Source of the DNA: Mytilus californianus | Lineage: Eukaryota | Assembly (NCBI RefSeq): GCF_021869535.1 | Contig: NW_026262745.1 | Span: 63,178,001 to 63,242,000, forward strand | Direction: 5' to 3' | Length of the DNA stretch: 64,000 bases | In this document: positions 12,855 through 26,500 of the stretch, piece by piece | Layout of the letters: each line of letters starts with the position of its first letter | How positions within the stretch are numbered: position 1 is the stretch's first letter | The notes under the pieces: generated by a model | Seen by the model: the letters and a program-made list of their open reading frames with translations, nothing else | What the model was told of the DNA's origin: nothing | Database searches by the model: none | Made by a program: the position numbers and the translations under genes

Positions 12855-13620
12855 CTTCCTTCCCCTAATATTTTTCAAACCATTACAAAAAATATGTAGG
12901 AAGTTTCATATATAATTCAGGGCATAACGCAAATAAAAATTAATAACAAAAACATAATTCATATTCATATTCATATCAGCATGGTTTTTTTTTTTGACTT
13001 TATATATATTTTAGATTAAATATTGTCATTAAACATTAGGAAGTTAAACAAATTAGTCTAACGATTTCGGTGCTTTAGAACTTTTAAAGTTTATTGAGAA
13101 CAAGTCTATAAAAAATATGTATAGCAATTTTCTAAATAAATGAAATAGGTGAAGTACTTTTTTTTGGAAATTAAAAGATATATTGATTCTGATATTCAAG
13201 ATATGATTCAAAAATATATTGGGAAAAAAACTCAAGAACTACTGTTTTTTGTATGATATCATTAATGACAGTCATATGTTTATTTCAGCTTCATGTTTTT
13301 GAGACTACAGGTCGAGGTTTGTATCTAAAGTTGTTTGTTTCTATGGATCAAAACCCATTGTAATGACTTTAAATTATTGTAACGTAACACGTGCTAGTGG
13401 ACTACTTACGTCCGGTTCTCATCAGCCTAATGGTCAATTAATCGGTACTGATATGATAAGTGTTTCCTTCAATTTACAAATGATTTCGAATTAAATATTC
13501 TAACTCCGTGAGGCAGAGACTACCTAAGATGAATTTGTCAATTTCCCTTTAGGCTACCTACATTTGTCTCTACATGCTGAAGATTGGTCTTTCCTTGTGA
13601 AGGCGACTACAGAAAACAAG
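12480..13620. repeat. Duplicated 5' region of B matches the 5' region of C (33600-34770)
   Basis: Collinear alignment across exon 1 and about 750 bp upstream. Confidence 0.85.
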
Positions 13621-16399
13621 CTTTGAAAAGTTTTTTTTTATTATTATACTCCCAGTGGTATTTGCATTTACGATATTTCTAATCGTTCTCTGAATATGAA
13701 TTTTAGGTACCATCACTAACGATGAAGGTAAAAAGTCTATCAGGCTAGCAAGCCTGATAATTTAGTTAAGACGGGACGTGCGTTTCGTCTTCATAAGAGT
13801 CATCGCTATTGCTCTAATCAATACATCAGCTTTATAATTTTTGATCATAAACTAAAATTATCACATCATGACAAGTAACAGATCAATTTTGAATTTTATT
13901 CCGGTCTGGACAAATCTACCTACGCTCGTTAGGTTTTGCAGTTAGAAATCTAATGTTTTGAAATTTTATGAGAAGTACATTAAATCATTACAGAAAATGA
14001 TCGGATTAATAATTTAGCATCCTTGTCACCACAGGAATGATAATTACTGAAGTTGTGATACGCACGAGGACGAAACGTCAACAACTATAATAAGTCAAAG
14101 ACAGTAATGTGTCAATACCTTGATTTTTATTCAGTTGCCCGTTTCAGATCTAATGCATCATATGCATTGAAGATAATAGTTTCAAGAGTGTTTTAAAACA
14201 TTGTTGAATCATGCAAAAGGTCCATAAGTAGGTCCACATGACATGTCAATAAATGTCATTACATTTTGCATACATGGTATGATGGTCAAGATAAAACAAA
14301 TTCTAACTTTGATATTTGATTTAAGTCTATATATGTCTCAATATGTTGTGTACGCAAAATTTAATCAAACTAGGCCACAATTACCATTTGGATATTTAGT
14401 TTTTTTTTAAAATGTGTTCGATAACCCCGCCTTCCAAACAATATGGCCGACACAGCTAAATATAGAACATATAGGGTATCATGCAAGTTTTGCCTCTTAT
14501 AGTGAACATGTTGAGATCTTGCTATTATCTTTTTACATCTCAACTGTCAGATATTTCCCTTAAATAATGAAAATTACCTTTTTATTTCATTTATTTCTTA
14601 TCATCTTCAAAACTAGAATATATAGATAAAAAACTTTAAAAAGCAAAAATATTCAGCATGACAAGATCTACTAATGAGTTAATGGTCATACTGGTCAGTT
14701 TACTTCTTATTGGAGTTATTGCCCTTTAATGGCGATTTTTACATTTAGGTTGCGTTTTTGTCTTTTATCTTGAAAACCATAATGGACAGATAGAAACATA
14801 AGATCTGTACAAATCATAAACACGTCTAACACAAACACCGACCGGACGTGACAAGGTATTAATACATCCCCACAACAACCAATAAAAAAGCATTCATCTA
14901 AGACTAAAATATTAATGAGTACACATCAAAAATCCAATGGATTTAGTGTGAAGACGCCATAAACAGTCAGAAAAAAACATGACCATATGCAATGCCAACA
15001 TACTAGAGCGACGGATTGAAGAGCCATGAATATGCATATGGATATAAAAATATTATTTAGTTTGATTTTAATAAACCGAAAACAAAATCCATATTAATAC
15101 AAAAAAATAAATTTCAAAGATCTAGTTATAGTGTTGATATGGCTGCATATGGTAACCTTTAAGAATACGTTTATCTGAAGGATCGATAAGCTAACCCAGA
15201 TTGTATCTTAATGTCCGAGCTCAGTAAAAATAAGTTTGGTTCAATTATGTCAAAGTAAGCTCATAAACATTATAAGTGTATTATTGTCTAAGTATGCTAT
15301 AAATCAAATATACAAATTTAAATCAAATCGATATAAATTGTCAACTTATGCCCCTTTAAAAATTTTTGTAAATATATGTGAATTTTTTGTGTAAACACCA
15401 GATTTTCATATAATAAAGGAGATAGCACAGGTGTTAAAATGAAGTAACAGTCTCTGAAATCATTTTCAAAGTACACTGTAGGAACATGTTCAATGTATGT
15501 TATTTTGTGTGGTTTTGTTCACCGGGTTTAACTTAAAATAGTTTGCATTGTCTAAGTAAACAATCAAAATTACATTAAAAACAACACTGAACTTTCAATA
15601 TTCTTCAAGGTCACAAAATTGCATATATAATTCTTTCATAATTGTTTCTTAATATGAGTGGATTGGAATTAGGAAGAAATTAAATACAAGTTCTAGTGAT
15701 GAATTTGGACTTCTTTAGATAATAACTTTTAGAACTTTTTAGAACAAGTACGAATTTGGGTGGGCTAAAAAAAAGGATTGAATATCCTTACACATAAGCC
15801 CTTAAAAGTTTCTACAGGTATTCATTCTACAGGTCTAGAAACACATATTTTGACAATTTTGACAAAAATCTGTCGAATATTGATGAGGTAACTCTAGTAA
15901 AACGATGACAGGGAAAAAAATTTGAAGTCAGTTTTTATAATTATCTATAATATTTTAAATTCTTTGATTATTGAAATGCATTTTTCGAGTACAATGCTAT
16001 TTAAGGTGCTTGAATGATACCCCAGCAAGGGTATTAGCTTAAATGAAATTAAAACACACAAAGGGGGGTTATCTTTATATATTTAATTAGAAGAAGGGCT
16101 ATGTTGTTTTAAAAATATGTACTTTGATGATTTTTAAAGGAGTTCTTTTTACTGGATTATCTCCCTTTGAATAATCGACAAACCGCATCTGGTAATTTTT
16201 TGTACTGATGCTTTATTTAAAGATCAACACATGATTATTCAATACATCATCATTTTGTATCTCATTGATTTCCTTATTTATAAGTTTCAGGGTGCAGAAA
16301 TTGGTCGTCTTCATAGAAAAATACTGCTCTCAACGTGGGTAAACTGGTTCCAAGTACATAACATCATCGCCTAACTGAAAGGCATGGGAACCAGATGAA

Positions 16400-18600
16400 A
16401 TAGTTTTTATGGACTTCATTCATAATGAAAACATATATAAAAAAGACGACATGTCTTATAAATATTTTGTCATCTATACTTATCAAAGAAACCTGTATGC
16501 AAAACTTGCTTTTCGTCTTAATTAAAATCACATGTAGTGCCCTTAACAAATTACGAAGAAGGTCATGTTAAATCCGAATTAGGTAAAGAGCATTGAAAAC
16601 AAACATTGCATTAACGATGTGTTAAATCCAATTAGGCTCATTTAATGTCTTTTAGATAAAATGTGCTGGTATAAAAAATAATTTTGAATGTATGGTATTT
16701 CATGCAAACATAAGTAGTTGCTTTTTGTTTGCTGGCGATACGAAACGTCTACAATTAGTGTCAGTGACAAATTGGATGTAAAACCTGATATAGGATACAA
16801 CACATATAGTTTTGTAAGCCACTAAGTATATTTGAAGTTGGAGCAATTAAAAACAAAAACAAAAACAAAAACATAAGCATTTGGAAAGGATCAAACACTA
16901 ATAACAGGATGACAAAAATGATAACCGAACGCAGAGTTCTCATACTTACTAAAGGGTACTTCAAATTTAAAACATAAATAGTCTGTTATTATTTTTCAAA
17001 TCCTACCTATCAATCAACACATTGTAAAATGCTTATTTTTTATATCATATTTAATAATTTAATTTATGATGTAACACGTCTTCCTTAACTGAAAGTTTGT
17101 ATGTCCGTCAGCTCATAGACATCATTTTGTCGTGTGATCGTGAAGTCATAAAATTGAGAATGGAAATGGGGAATGTGTCAAAGAGACAACAACCCGACCA
17201 AAGAGCAGATAACAGCCGATGGCCATCAATGGGTCTTCAACGCAGAGAGAAAATCCTGCACACGGAGGTGGTTCTCAGCTGGCCGCTAAATAAATATGCA
17301 CTAGTCCAATGAAAACGGACGTGATACCAAACTCCAAAACATATAAATGAACTAAAATTAAAAAACATACAAGACTAACAAAGGCCAGAGGTTCCTGACT
17401 TGGGACAGGCGCAAAAATGCGGCAAGGTTAAACATGTTTTGTGAGATCTCAACCCTACCTCTATGCCTCTAGCCAATGTAGAATAAAGAAACAGTCACTA
17501 AGCAATACACACAGTAAAGCTCAGTTTAAAAGAAGCCCGAGTCCGATGTCAGAATAGGTAACAAAAGAAACTAAGCAAAATGACAATGATACATAAATCA
17601 ACAAAGGACTACATGTACTAGCAGTTACAGACATGCCAGCATCAGACCTTAATTTAACTGATTGAAAGATTGTGTCTTCATCATATGAAAATCAAGTACA
17701 ATCCCTACCGTTAGGGGTTTAGTATCATACCATCATAAAATATACGAGAAGAACATAACCCGTATCATGCCAACAACTGTTTTTTTTTCATTATTTACTC
17801 CTTAAAAATGAAAGTAAGAATTAAATTATTAGAAATGTAGTGAACACTTTTAAATAGACATAGACAGAAAACATAAAACAGACATTTTAAAATAAATTAT
17901 GTTATTATTTAATGTTTTGAATGCAAACGTGTTCTTACTTTAATATGAAACTTACCAATCTCTATTCTCCCTACATTCAACAAAACAGTCAATATATAGT
18001 ACATAGTTAGTTTTATTTGTAAAGCATGGCATTAAACAAATATAAAACAAAGAAAGAAAACAATATTATTCATATTTATATCAGAATGGGTTTCCTACAT
18101 TCAATATCTATGTAAAATTTAATATTTTTATACTATTTATATCAATAAGTTAAACAAATTAGTTTAACGACTTCAGTACTTGTATACTTTTTTTAATTAA
18201 CCTAAAGCTAATATTTTCACAAAATGCTTAAACATATTTGTTTGTTCAAGTAACTTTCGTTTATGAAAAGAAATTGATTCATTTATTTAGAAATTAAATC
18301 AAATTAAGCAAAACATACAAAGATTGAACGTTGTTTGCATTATAATTTTAATGACAGTCATACATGTCATATATATGCAATTCTTAATTCTAGCTATTTG
18401 TACTTTAGACTCCGGTCATGGTATGTATATTTCTTCTGATAATATGTTCTTAATTTATACTTTGCCAAAATACAGATTTTACCATGTTTTTATAAAACAT
18501 ATAATAAAAAAAAATTTGTTTTCTTCTTAAAAGTAAAAAGGAACAAAAATAAAATTTCTTTATTAAATATTTACTATAAAACATAATAATTGTTTCGAAC
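16400..18600 (-). pseudogene. Orphan 5' fragment (promoter, exon 1 and intron-1 sequence) with no gene body
   Basis: 16440-16950 aligns with A intron 1 (about 895-1395); 17930-18400 aligns with 2520-2990. Donor ATTG|GTAAGT kept at 17955; canonical ATG deleted. Confidence 0.7.
17383..17474 (-). ncRNA. Type-P5 twister, family X (element about 17150-17790); catalytic G mutated to U
   Basis: Same fold; P2 is CCUU/GAGG rather than CCCC/GGGG (pairing kept). Confidence 0.75.
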
Positions 18601-19139
18601 AAAGCAAGAATGAACCTTACGTAAAGCGTCAGAAGGTAAACTTCACTTTTAATCACGTCATAGATGGATAGATGGATGATTCTGTAACGTCCAAGGGCAA
18701 ATTAAATGCATGTTTAATACAAGAAAAGGTCAATGCGATATAAGTTTATAAGTTATATAAGTACTATACCAACACGCAGAACCGAAGTTTTACTAGTTCA
18801 TAAGGTAACAGTTCGCAGGAAGACATATCACCCTACTAGACAAATTACTCTGACTGCGGAGTTATGACTTAAGACAGGTGAATAAAAATGCAGCGGGTTT
18901 AAACTTGTTAGATGGCGCCTGTTACCGCACTACATAAGAAAACACTGTACGAAAAACAAATGTGATAAACAGCAACAAACAACAATCACTCCTTTATAGG
19001 CTCCTGACGTGGGACAGACACATATATGGCGGCGTTAAATTTTTTAACAGTCGCCGACCCTCAACCTTACCTGGGATAGTAGTGTAACATTACTAAATAC
19101 AAAGACACATTATAAAATTAGATTGAAAAGACTCGATCA

Positions 19140-19615
19140 AATAATCTAATCATATATACCAGGATGGAAATTTTGTATTTGCGCCAGACGCGCGTGTCAT
19201 ATACATTAGACTCATCAGTGACGCTAGAATCAAAAAAAGTTAAAAAAGCCAAATAAATTACGAAGTTGAGGAGCATTGAGGACCAAAAAATTCCAAAAAG
19301 TTTTGCCAAATACAGCTAAGGTAATCTATTCCTGAAGTAGAAAAGCATTAGTATTTCAAAAATTCAAAGTTTTGTAAACAGTTAAGTTATAATTATGATC
19401 ATATCATAAAAGAGTGCTGACTACTAGGCTGGTGATACCCTCGGGGAATAAAAACTCCACCAGCAGTGGCATCGACCCAGTGGTTGTAAATAAACTAATC
19501 ATGGATACTTGGATGGAAATTTTGTATTTGCGCCAGACGCGCGTTTCGTCTACAAAAGACTCATTAGTGACGCTCGAATAAAACAAAAAGTTAAAAAGGC
19601 CAAATAAAGTACGAA
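19140..19615 (-). mobile_element. Retrozyme-like tandem repeat (family H1): two type-I hammerheads 349 nt apart
   Basis: Hammerhead at 19531-19574: CGUCA-CUAAUGA-GUCU-uuugu-AGAC-GAAA-CGCGCG-UC-UGGCG (only a G5A change). Hammerhead at 19182-19225 is more decayed. Confidence 0.8.
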
Positions 19616-19820
19616 AAAGACCACATATATAACAAAAACACCAAGGCAAATTCAAAAAGGAAAGTAATAAAAAACTGACAAAATCAAATTTTATCAATCA
19701 ACGAAACAAGTGGAAAACAACTCCCATTTTCTAACTTGGTAAATACATTGTTCGTCAAAATCATAAGACTGGTATCTTTGATGAGTTATTTTAGACAATA
19801 TTGTTGATAGCAAAACATTT

Positions 19821-20006
19821 AAAAGAGGGGCGAAAGATACAAGAGTAATATTCAAACTGATAAGTTAAAAATAACTCATAATGTCATGGCTAAAAAAAGA
19901 AAAACACCTCTAGGCATTAGTTCATAAAACACAGCATAAAAAACTAAAGATTGAATAACAAAAAAATGGGGATGATCGCAGATGCTCCGGAAGGGTAAGC
20001 AGATCC
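19821..20006 (-). mobile_element. Naiad-like 3'UTR fragment
   Basis: Matches 60116-60315. Confidence 0.7.
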
Positions 20007-20516
20007 TTTTAAATATTGGTTTTATAGGTGTACAACACTTCTTGATAATAGTTCTTACTTTATAGCTGACATTGGGACATTGTGGAAGAAAAACGTACAT
20101 GTCTACTGTTCTGTAAAAATAGATAAGGATAATTTGTAAAAGTTGTATAATGCCTTCAATAATGTTTCAACCAAATCTCGACACGCATTGACATATGCCT
20201 ACAGGATATAACTCAAAAGGATTTTGTTGAAGGTCAAAACATCATTTTAAGCTTTCTTAAAATGCATGACATTGTCGTGTCATTTGTTTTCTTTTGTTAC
20301 ATTTTGATGTGTTTGTCCGCTAGTTTATTTTAAGGTTGTAGGCAGATATTTAGGAGTCGCTTTTACTTTTTATTCACAAAATCTGGAACTATACATGTTT
20401 ATAATGCAGAGTATAATAACAAAAATAAAATATATTAATGCAGTCATATACATAAAATCAATGATAAAAATTAATTAACAACACGATGTTCATTAATGTC
20501 GTCAGTTGGTTAGGAA

Positions 20517-23500
20517 TTAGTTCCCATTTTCATTTTGAACATTTTGACTGGTACCCAGTTTTCTTATCATTACAAAAACTCTGTGGATTAGCCAAGTACT
20601 GTCTAGACACAAAAGCAAGGAAGCAATTGAAATCAATATGGCAATGCCTACAAATCCAATACTTGCAGACGATTTTCGTGAATCCCATGCACAGGTGTGT
20701 TTTCTCGTATACGCTGATGTTTTTGATCTGTCAACTTTAATCTCATTTACTATTTCGTTGATATTTTCTTCCAATGAAATTTGTTCGGTTACATTATTAC
20801 ACGTGCAAACACAGTATGGTAATTTACCTACAAGAAGTCATTATGATTTTTAAAAAATGTCGTTCTAATGACTTATTCAATATAAGTCTTTCCTTTAAAA
20901 ACAAAATTTATTGTAGTTATAGCTCATTTAACAAAAAAACACCTATTATAATACTTCAAGGATCATTAGATTGTTGTCTTAATATCTGGTAAATAGATTG
21001 TACTGCAGAATTGGCTTCATAATATTGCACCTGCTATTGTTATATATCTGCCTATATTTTTATTTTCTTATCTTTTCCGAAGTCACATGCCAATCTGCTA
21101 TTTTCGAAGGCCATGGTGATAGTTTGTAAAATGGCGTTATTCCTGATTTTTTTGCATTGTTTAGTGTTTCCTGTGTACTTTTTTGTGCATTGTATCAAGT
21201 TTTAAATAAAATTTTAGAGTTTTAGTCAATTCGTCACTCGGCAACGAATTCTCTTTCAAGCTTTAAGATCAATTATAACGTTCAACTAAATGCATTCAGT
21301 CAACAACGAAATGGATTTATTCACCTGTATTAAATGAAAATACAATTATTCTAATTGACATCTTCATATTTACTGGAGAGGTTATGAACACATACCAAGT
21401 AAAATGAGGTATGGTACAATATTTAAAAGTCTGATTTTATAAAAATTCCATGTCTAGTGGCTGTTTATAGCCAGTAAATAAGAGTGAAACGTGGCGTAAT
21501 TGCGTAGATCAAACTTGATATTATCCTTTATTCTTACTAGCCGATAACAATACAATCCGCCATTCTTATTTATAGATATAAACCTTTTACGATTAAATGT
21601 TTTGCCATATGTCGGAAAAACGGTTTATCGTAATAAAACATCAGCACGTGTAGAATTACCTTTATCATTAATTGCAATTATTCATTAGTTGTCAATTTAT
21701 TGCTGTAATGATGCATGCATTAACCTTATTTGTTAATATATCTATTGTTTATCATGTTTATACCTGAGTTTATTGTTGTAAATTCCTTCTGTGCTGTTGC
21801 AAAAATGGCTGTTTTCTCTATTGATGTGGTTTCAGGCTGAGATTTTGTAGTCTGAACAAGTGACGATGTAACTTCTAATGCATATGTCACGTGATTTTCG
21901 GTGGTTTGATGAATAGACGATTTTTGTGTCGATGTGGTTGTGGACTGAGATTTTGTTGTGTGAAGATCTGACGATGTTACGTCTACGGTAGCAGTCATGT
22001 GGGTTTCAATTGTTAATGCTGTTGTTTCCGTTGTCTTTTCTGCAGATGAGACTTTAAAAGTAGTTGTTTGTTTTTGTGTTGTTGTTTCGTCAATTGCTGC
22101 CACACATGAAACACATCTACTAACAACAGCAGATCCACAATCATCATACGGTGCCACACTCAAGACATTAGTATCTTCATTTACTGTAATACAAAGAATT
22201 ATAAATATGGATTTTGTTACAATACATGTTGTCATCATTTGAGTTTCTATATAATCGAAAGTAATTTTAACATGTATAATAGTAACTGCCAGTAGTTACA
22301 GATCTATAAAAGAGGGGCAAAAGATACCAGAGGGACATTCAAACTCATAGATCGAAAATAAACTGACAACGCCATGGCTAGAAAAGAAAAAGACAAACAG
22401 ACAAATAATAGTACACAAGACACAACATAGAAAACTAAAGACTTAGCAACACGAACCCCACCAAAAACTGGGGGTGATCTCAGGTGCTCCGGAAGGATAA
22501 GCAGATCCTGCTCCACATGTGGCATCCGTCGTGTTGCTCATGTTATTACAAACCCGGTAAATAGTCTAATTCGGTAGGTCACATTCGTGAAAAGGGAACG
22601 GGATTGTAGTTACGACATAAGGAACATATCCGATATCATCTGTGAAACGGATATTCCATTACGGTCAACCAACTCGTGATGGCGTCCGTAAAATTTACGA
22701 AGGGATGATGTCCTGAATATATCCTGTGTTTTGTATTGCTGTGAGGGATGCATAATTACCCTGTAACGTTGTTGCTGTGCTTTGCTGTTTTTTTTATCTG
22801 ATGAGATAAGTCCTTTTCCACTGATTTGTAAAGTGTATTGTTATGTTGTTCTGTTACACCACTGTCTCAGGTTTGGGGAGGGTGGCGCCTTGAAACATGG
22901 TTTATTTCGCCACAATCTGTATGTGCTTCTCATAATTCAGGAGCCTGTAATTCAGTTGTTGTAATTGGTTCGTGGCTGTCATATTTGTTTTCCGTAAGTT
23001 GTTTTGTTGAATATTAGGCAGTTATTTTTCTCAATAGGATTGTTTTATATGTTTACGTATAGTTGGCTTTCATAGCCGACTAAACGTTACGGTTTTTAAA
23101 TCATTGTTGAAGGCTGTTCGGTTGCCTATAATTGCTGACATCCACTTCATTTAAACTTTTGTGGATAGTTTCCTCATTGGAAATAATACCATATCTCTTA
23201 TTCTAATTATAAATATGATCTCAATGCAGGCAAGCAATCGTTCAACATTATTCCTTATTAAACCAGTATAGTACAGTGTGTTATAACAATATAACAAATA
23301 TGTTTTACATTTACACTATGTTATATTGGTTCAACCTTGCATTTTTTTTCATTTGGCCTGAGTATTAGTCATTCATTTATTTATTATTTATTTATTTTTG
23401 CAAACTAAATAAGAAGAATAAAATAATAGGATAAAAATCTTACATTCAAAGTTACACCTCTTCATATACAGAGTTTCAACCGAAGAATAAACCTTGTTAT

Positions 23501-26500
23501 TTTCCGTGTAAAAAGGATCATCAATCTGGTCATACATCACACATTTAGGTATAGAAGGTGTAAACGCAAAGCCCCAGCACTTATGATCCCGACTGCAATC
23601 AGTTTTACACTCTTGTTCTGTTCCAGGGCTTTTTTCGTTATTTTGTCCATTCATTCCAGTTGGTACCGTTGTATCGCCTTCAGTATCATAGAAAATGTCG
23701 GAACGGGGAGAACAGATAGCTAAAGGAAAACGTTAAACCAGTATGATTAGTTAATACAAAAATGATATTTTAATTAAAGTTCACTGCAAGATCTACCGAC
23801 ATAAAAAAATCATCAAAGTTACCATGCTTATAATTTGATAAGTCAAACTGCAGGAATGGCTTATCAAATACAAAAATGATGAGCACAAAAAGTTACAAAA
23901 GTTTATGTCGAAATGTGCTTAGACAATATTATATATATATCCCTGGTGGAATCATAACCTTGGTGTTCAGAATATTTGAACATTTCATTAACAGTAAATT
24001 TACAGCAAATGACGATTTCAATGATATTTCTTGTCAATACAAATGTGCTGACTACTGGGACGTGAAACCATTGGGAATAAAACGTCGACCAGCAGTGACA
24101 TTAACCCAGTGGTTATAAAACTAATCAAAGATACCAGAATTGTATTTCGGTACGCCAGACGCCCGTTCTTCGGCAATAGACTCATCAGTGACACTAGAAC
24201 TAAAATAGTAAGAAGGCAAAATCAATTACAAATTTAAAAACCTAAAATTCCTAAAAGTTATGACAAATACGGCCAAGGCGGTCTATGCCGGTGGAAGATA
24301 AACCATAGTATTTCGCAGAGTTCAACGTTTTATAAACATTAAATTTACAGTAAATGAACATATTATGTATATTATTTGCCAACACAAAAGTGATGACTAC
24401 AGGGACGATCATACGCGCAGGGACGAAAGGTGAACCAGTAGTGGCATCAACCTAATGGTTGTGAAAATTCATCAAAGATACCAGGCTTATTACTTGGTAC
24501 GACAAACGCGCATTTCGTCTTCATCGCGCTCAAATTTTAACAGTTGTAAGGACAAATCAAATACGAAATTGAAGAGCATTAAAACCGAAAATTTCAAAAA
24601 GTTATGCCTAATAGGGCTAGACCAATATATGTCTGGGAAAGAGAAACCTAAGTGTTTCAAATGCAGAAATATTTCAAGAGAGTAAAAAATATGTTAAATC
24701 ATTATTTGTATTTAAAATCTAATGAGCACGTTTTCTGTTTTTATTCTTATTTTCGTCAATGGTTTGAGACAACAGTAGTCAACAGATGTTCAAATCTCTT
24801 CAATCGATTAAGAATATACAAATCAAGCTTAAGGTAACAAAGAAAGTATGAGAGAATCGCATGAATTTCAAAAGGAATAAGACGGGTGCATCTACGGGTC
24901 TAGCGTTTCCTGCTATGAATGTATTGCTCGAAGAGGACATACACCATTTATTTTGACACATGAAGAATGAAAACAAATTGAATAGGTGCAGCTTGGAAAT
25001 TATCCACACACACAAACGGTGACTAAATAAGTAAAATAACCACTATTACCTTCTAAAAGAGGGGCGAAAGATACCAAAGGGACATTTTAATTCATATGTC
25101 AAAAATAAACTGACAAAGTCATTTAAAAAAAACAAAAAAAGACCAAAAGAAAAACCGCAGTAAGCACAACATAGAATATTAAAGACTGAGTAACACGAAC
25201 CCCACAAAAAAACAGAAAAGATGTCGGGTGCTCTCATGTGGCAGCAGATCCTGCTCCACGTGCGACACCAATGGTGTTACTCTTATAAAATTCGTTAATA
25301 TAAATATCAACTGATTAGGCATTACAGAAATAGTGGATTGTTAAGTGTCTCTTATCTAACAATAAGACATCATCAAATTAATAAACCGTTGGTCAAGTAA
25401 ATGTTCCTAACCTGAAACTTGACCGACTGTGCACATTTGGAATCGAAACACATTTTTCATGGCAAGGGATAGACAAAACAGTTAGCGTTACACACAACAC
25501 AGACATTGAAAAATTAAAAAGCACAATGAACAGCACTTATCATTTAAGCCAGAGCAACACGAACCCCTTTTAAACAAAACTAAGGCTGATATCAAGTGCT
25601 CCGGAAAGGTAAGCAAATCCTGCTGCACATATGTCATCGGTCGTGTTGGTCTTGTAAGTACAAACATGGTGATAAGTCAAATTCAGTTTGTCACATTCGG
25701 AAATGAGAGAACCGGATGGTGTAAGCGACTTTTGGAACATATCTGTCGTCATCTGTGAAACAGATATTCACTAACAGTCAAACAACTGGTGATGGCGTCT
25801 GCAAAATGTTAGAAGGGATGATATCAAATTCACCACTTGCTATTGAAACTCTTTGTTTAATAGCTTCCTTGTGACCAGCAGCCCTCCTTCATAATAAGAA
25901 TTGCAAGCCCTGTAATAGCACCAATTGGAGATACGTACTCCAGATGTAGGCGCTGATGGAATGTTTCTACATATAAATGGAAAATTTACAATTAAGAAGC
26001 TGAAATAATCTCTTTTGTAGTAAAGGTTTGTCTCAATCGACCTTCATTGTCAATTTCTAGATGAAATTTAAGATATGAGGCAGGGTTAACTGTAGCTTGT
26101 GCATCGTATATTTCAAATTTGTTGTAATAGATTCGTTTAACATAGTTTCCAAACTTTGAATGATTAAGTGAGAGGACATCATCTATATAGCGGAAAGTGA
26201 AGTTAAAGGATAATGTTAGCAAAATGTCCTCTTCGAAGTTAATAGTGTAATCACGCCTTCAATTTCCAAATGGTGTAATAGTTAATAAGCATGCTATCTT
26301 TAAACTGATTTATATCAAGACACACCAATCTATCTTTACTGAAAGCTGAAATTAAAGTATTGGGACAGCTTCTTTCATTTTCTTAAACCCTTACCAAAAG
26401 AAGAACTTTGGTATACTAAACTTTTCAAAAGATTTTTAGTGTGTTCATCCTGAATTAATTGCAAGCTTTATAGATACAATATGTCTGATGTTTGTGTACT

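Noticed and set aside
19140-24680. CRISPR-like periodicity
   Set aside because: The units are whole roughly 348-nt duplications with no repeat-spacer structure or cas genes, in eukaryotic DNA.
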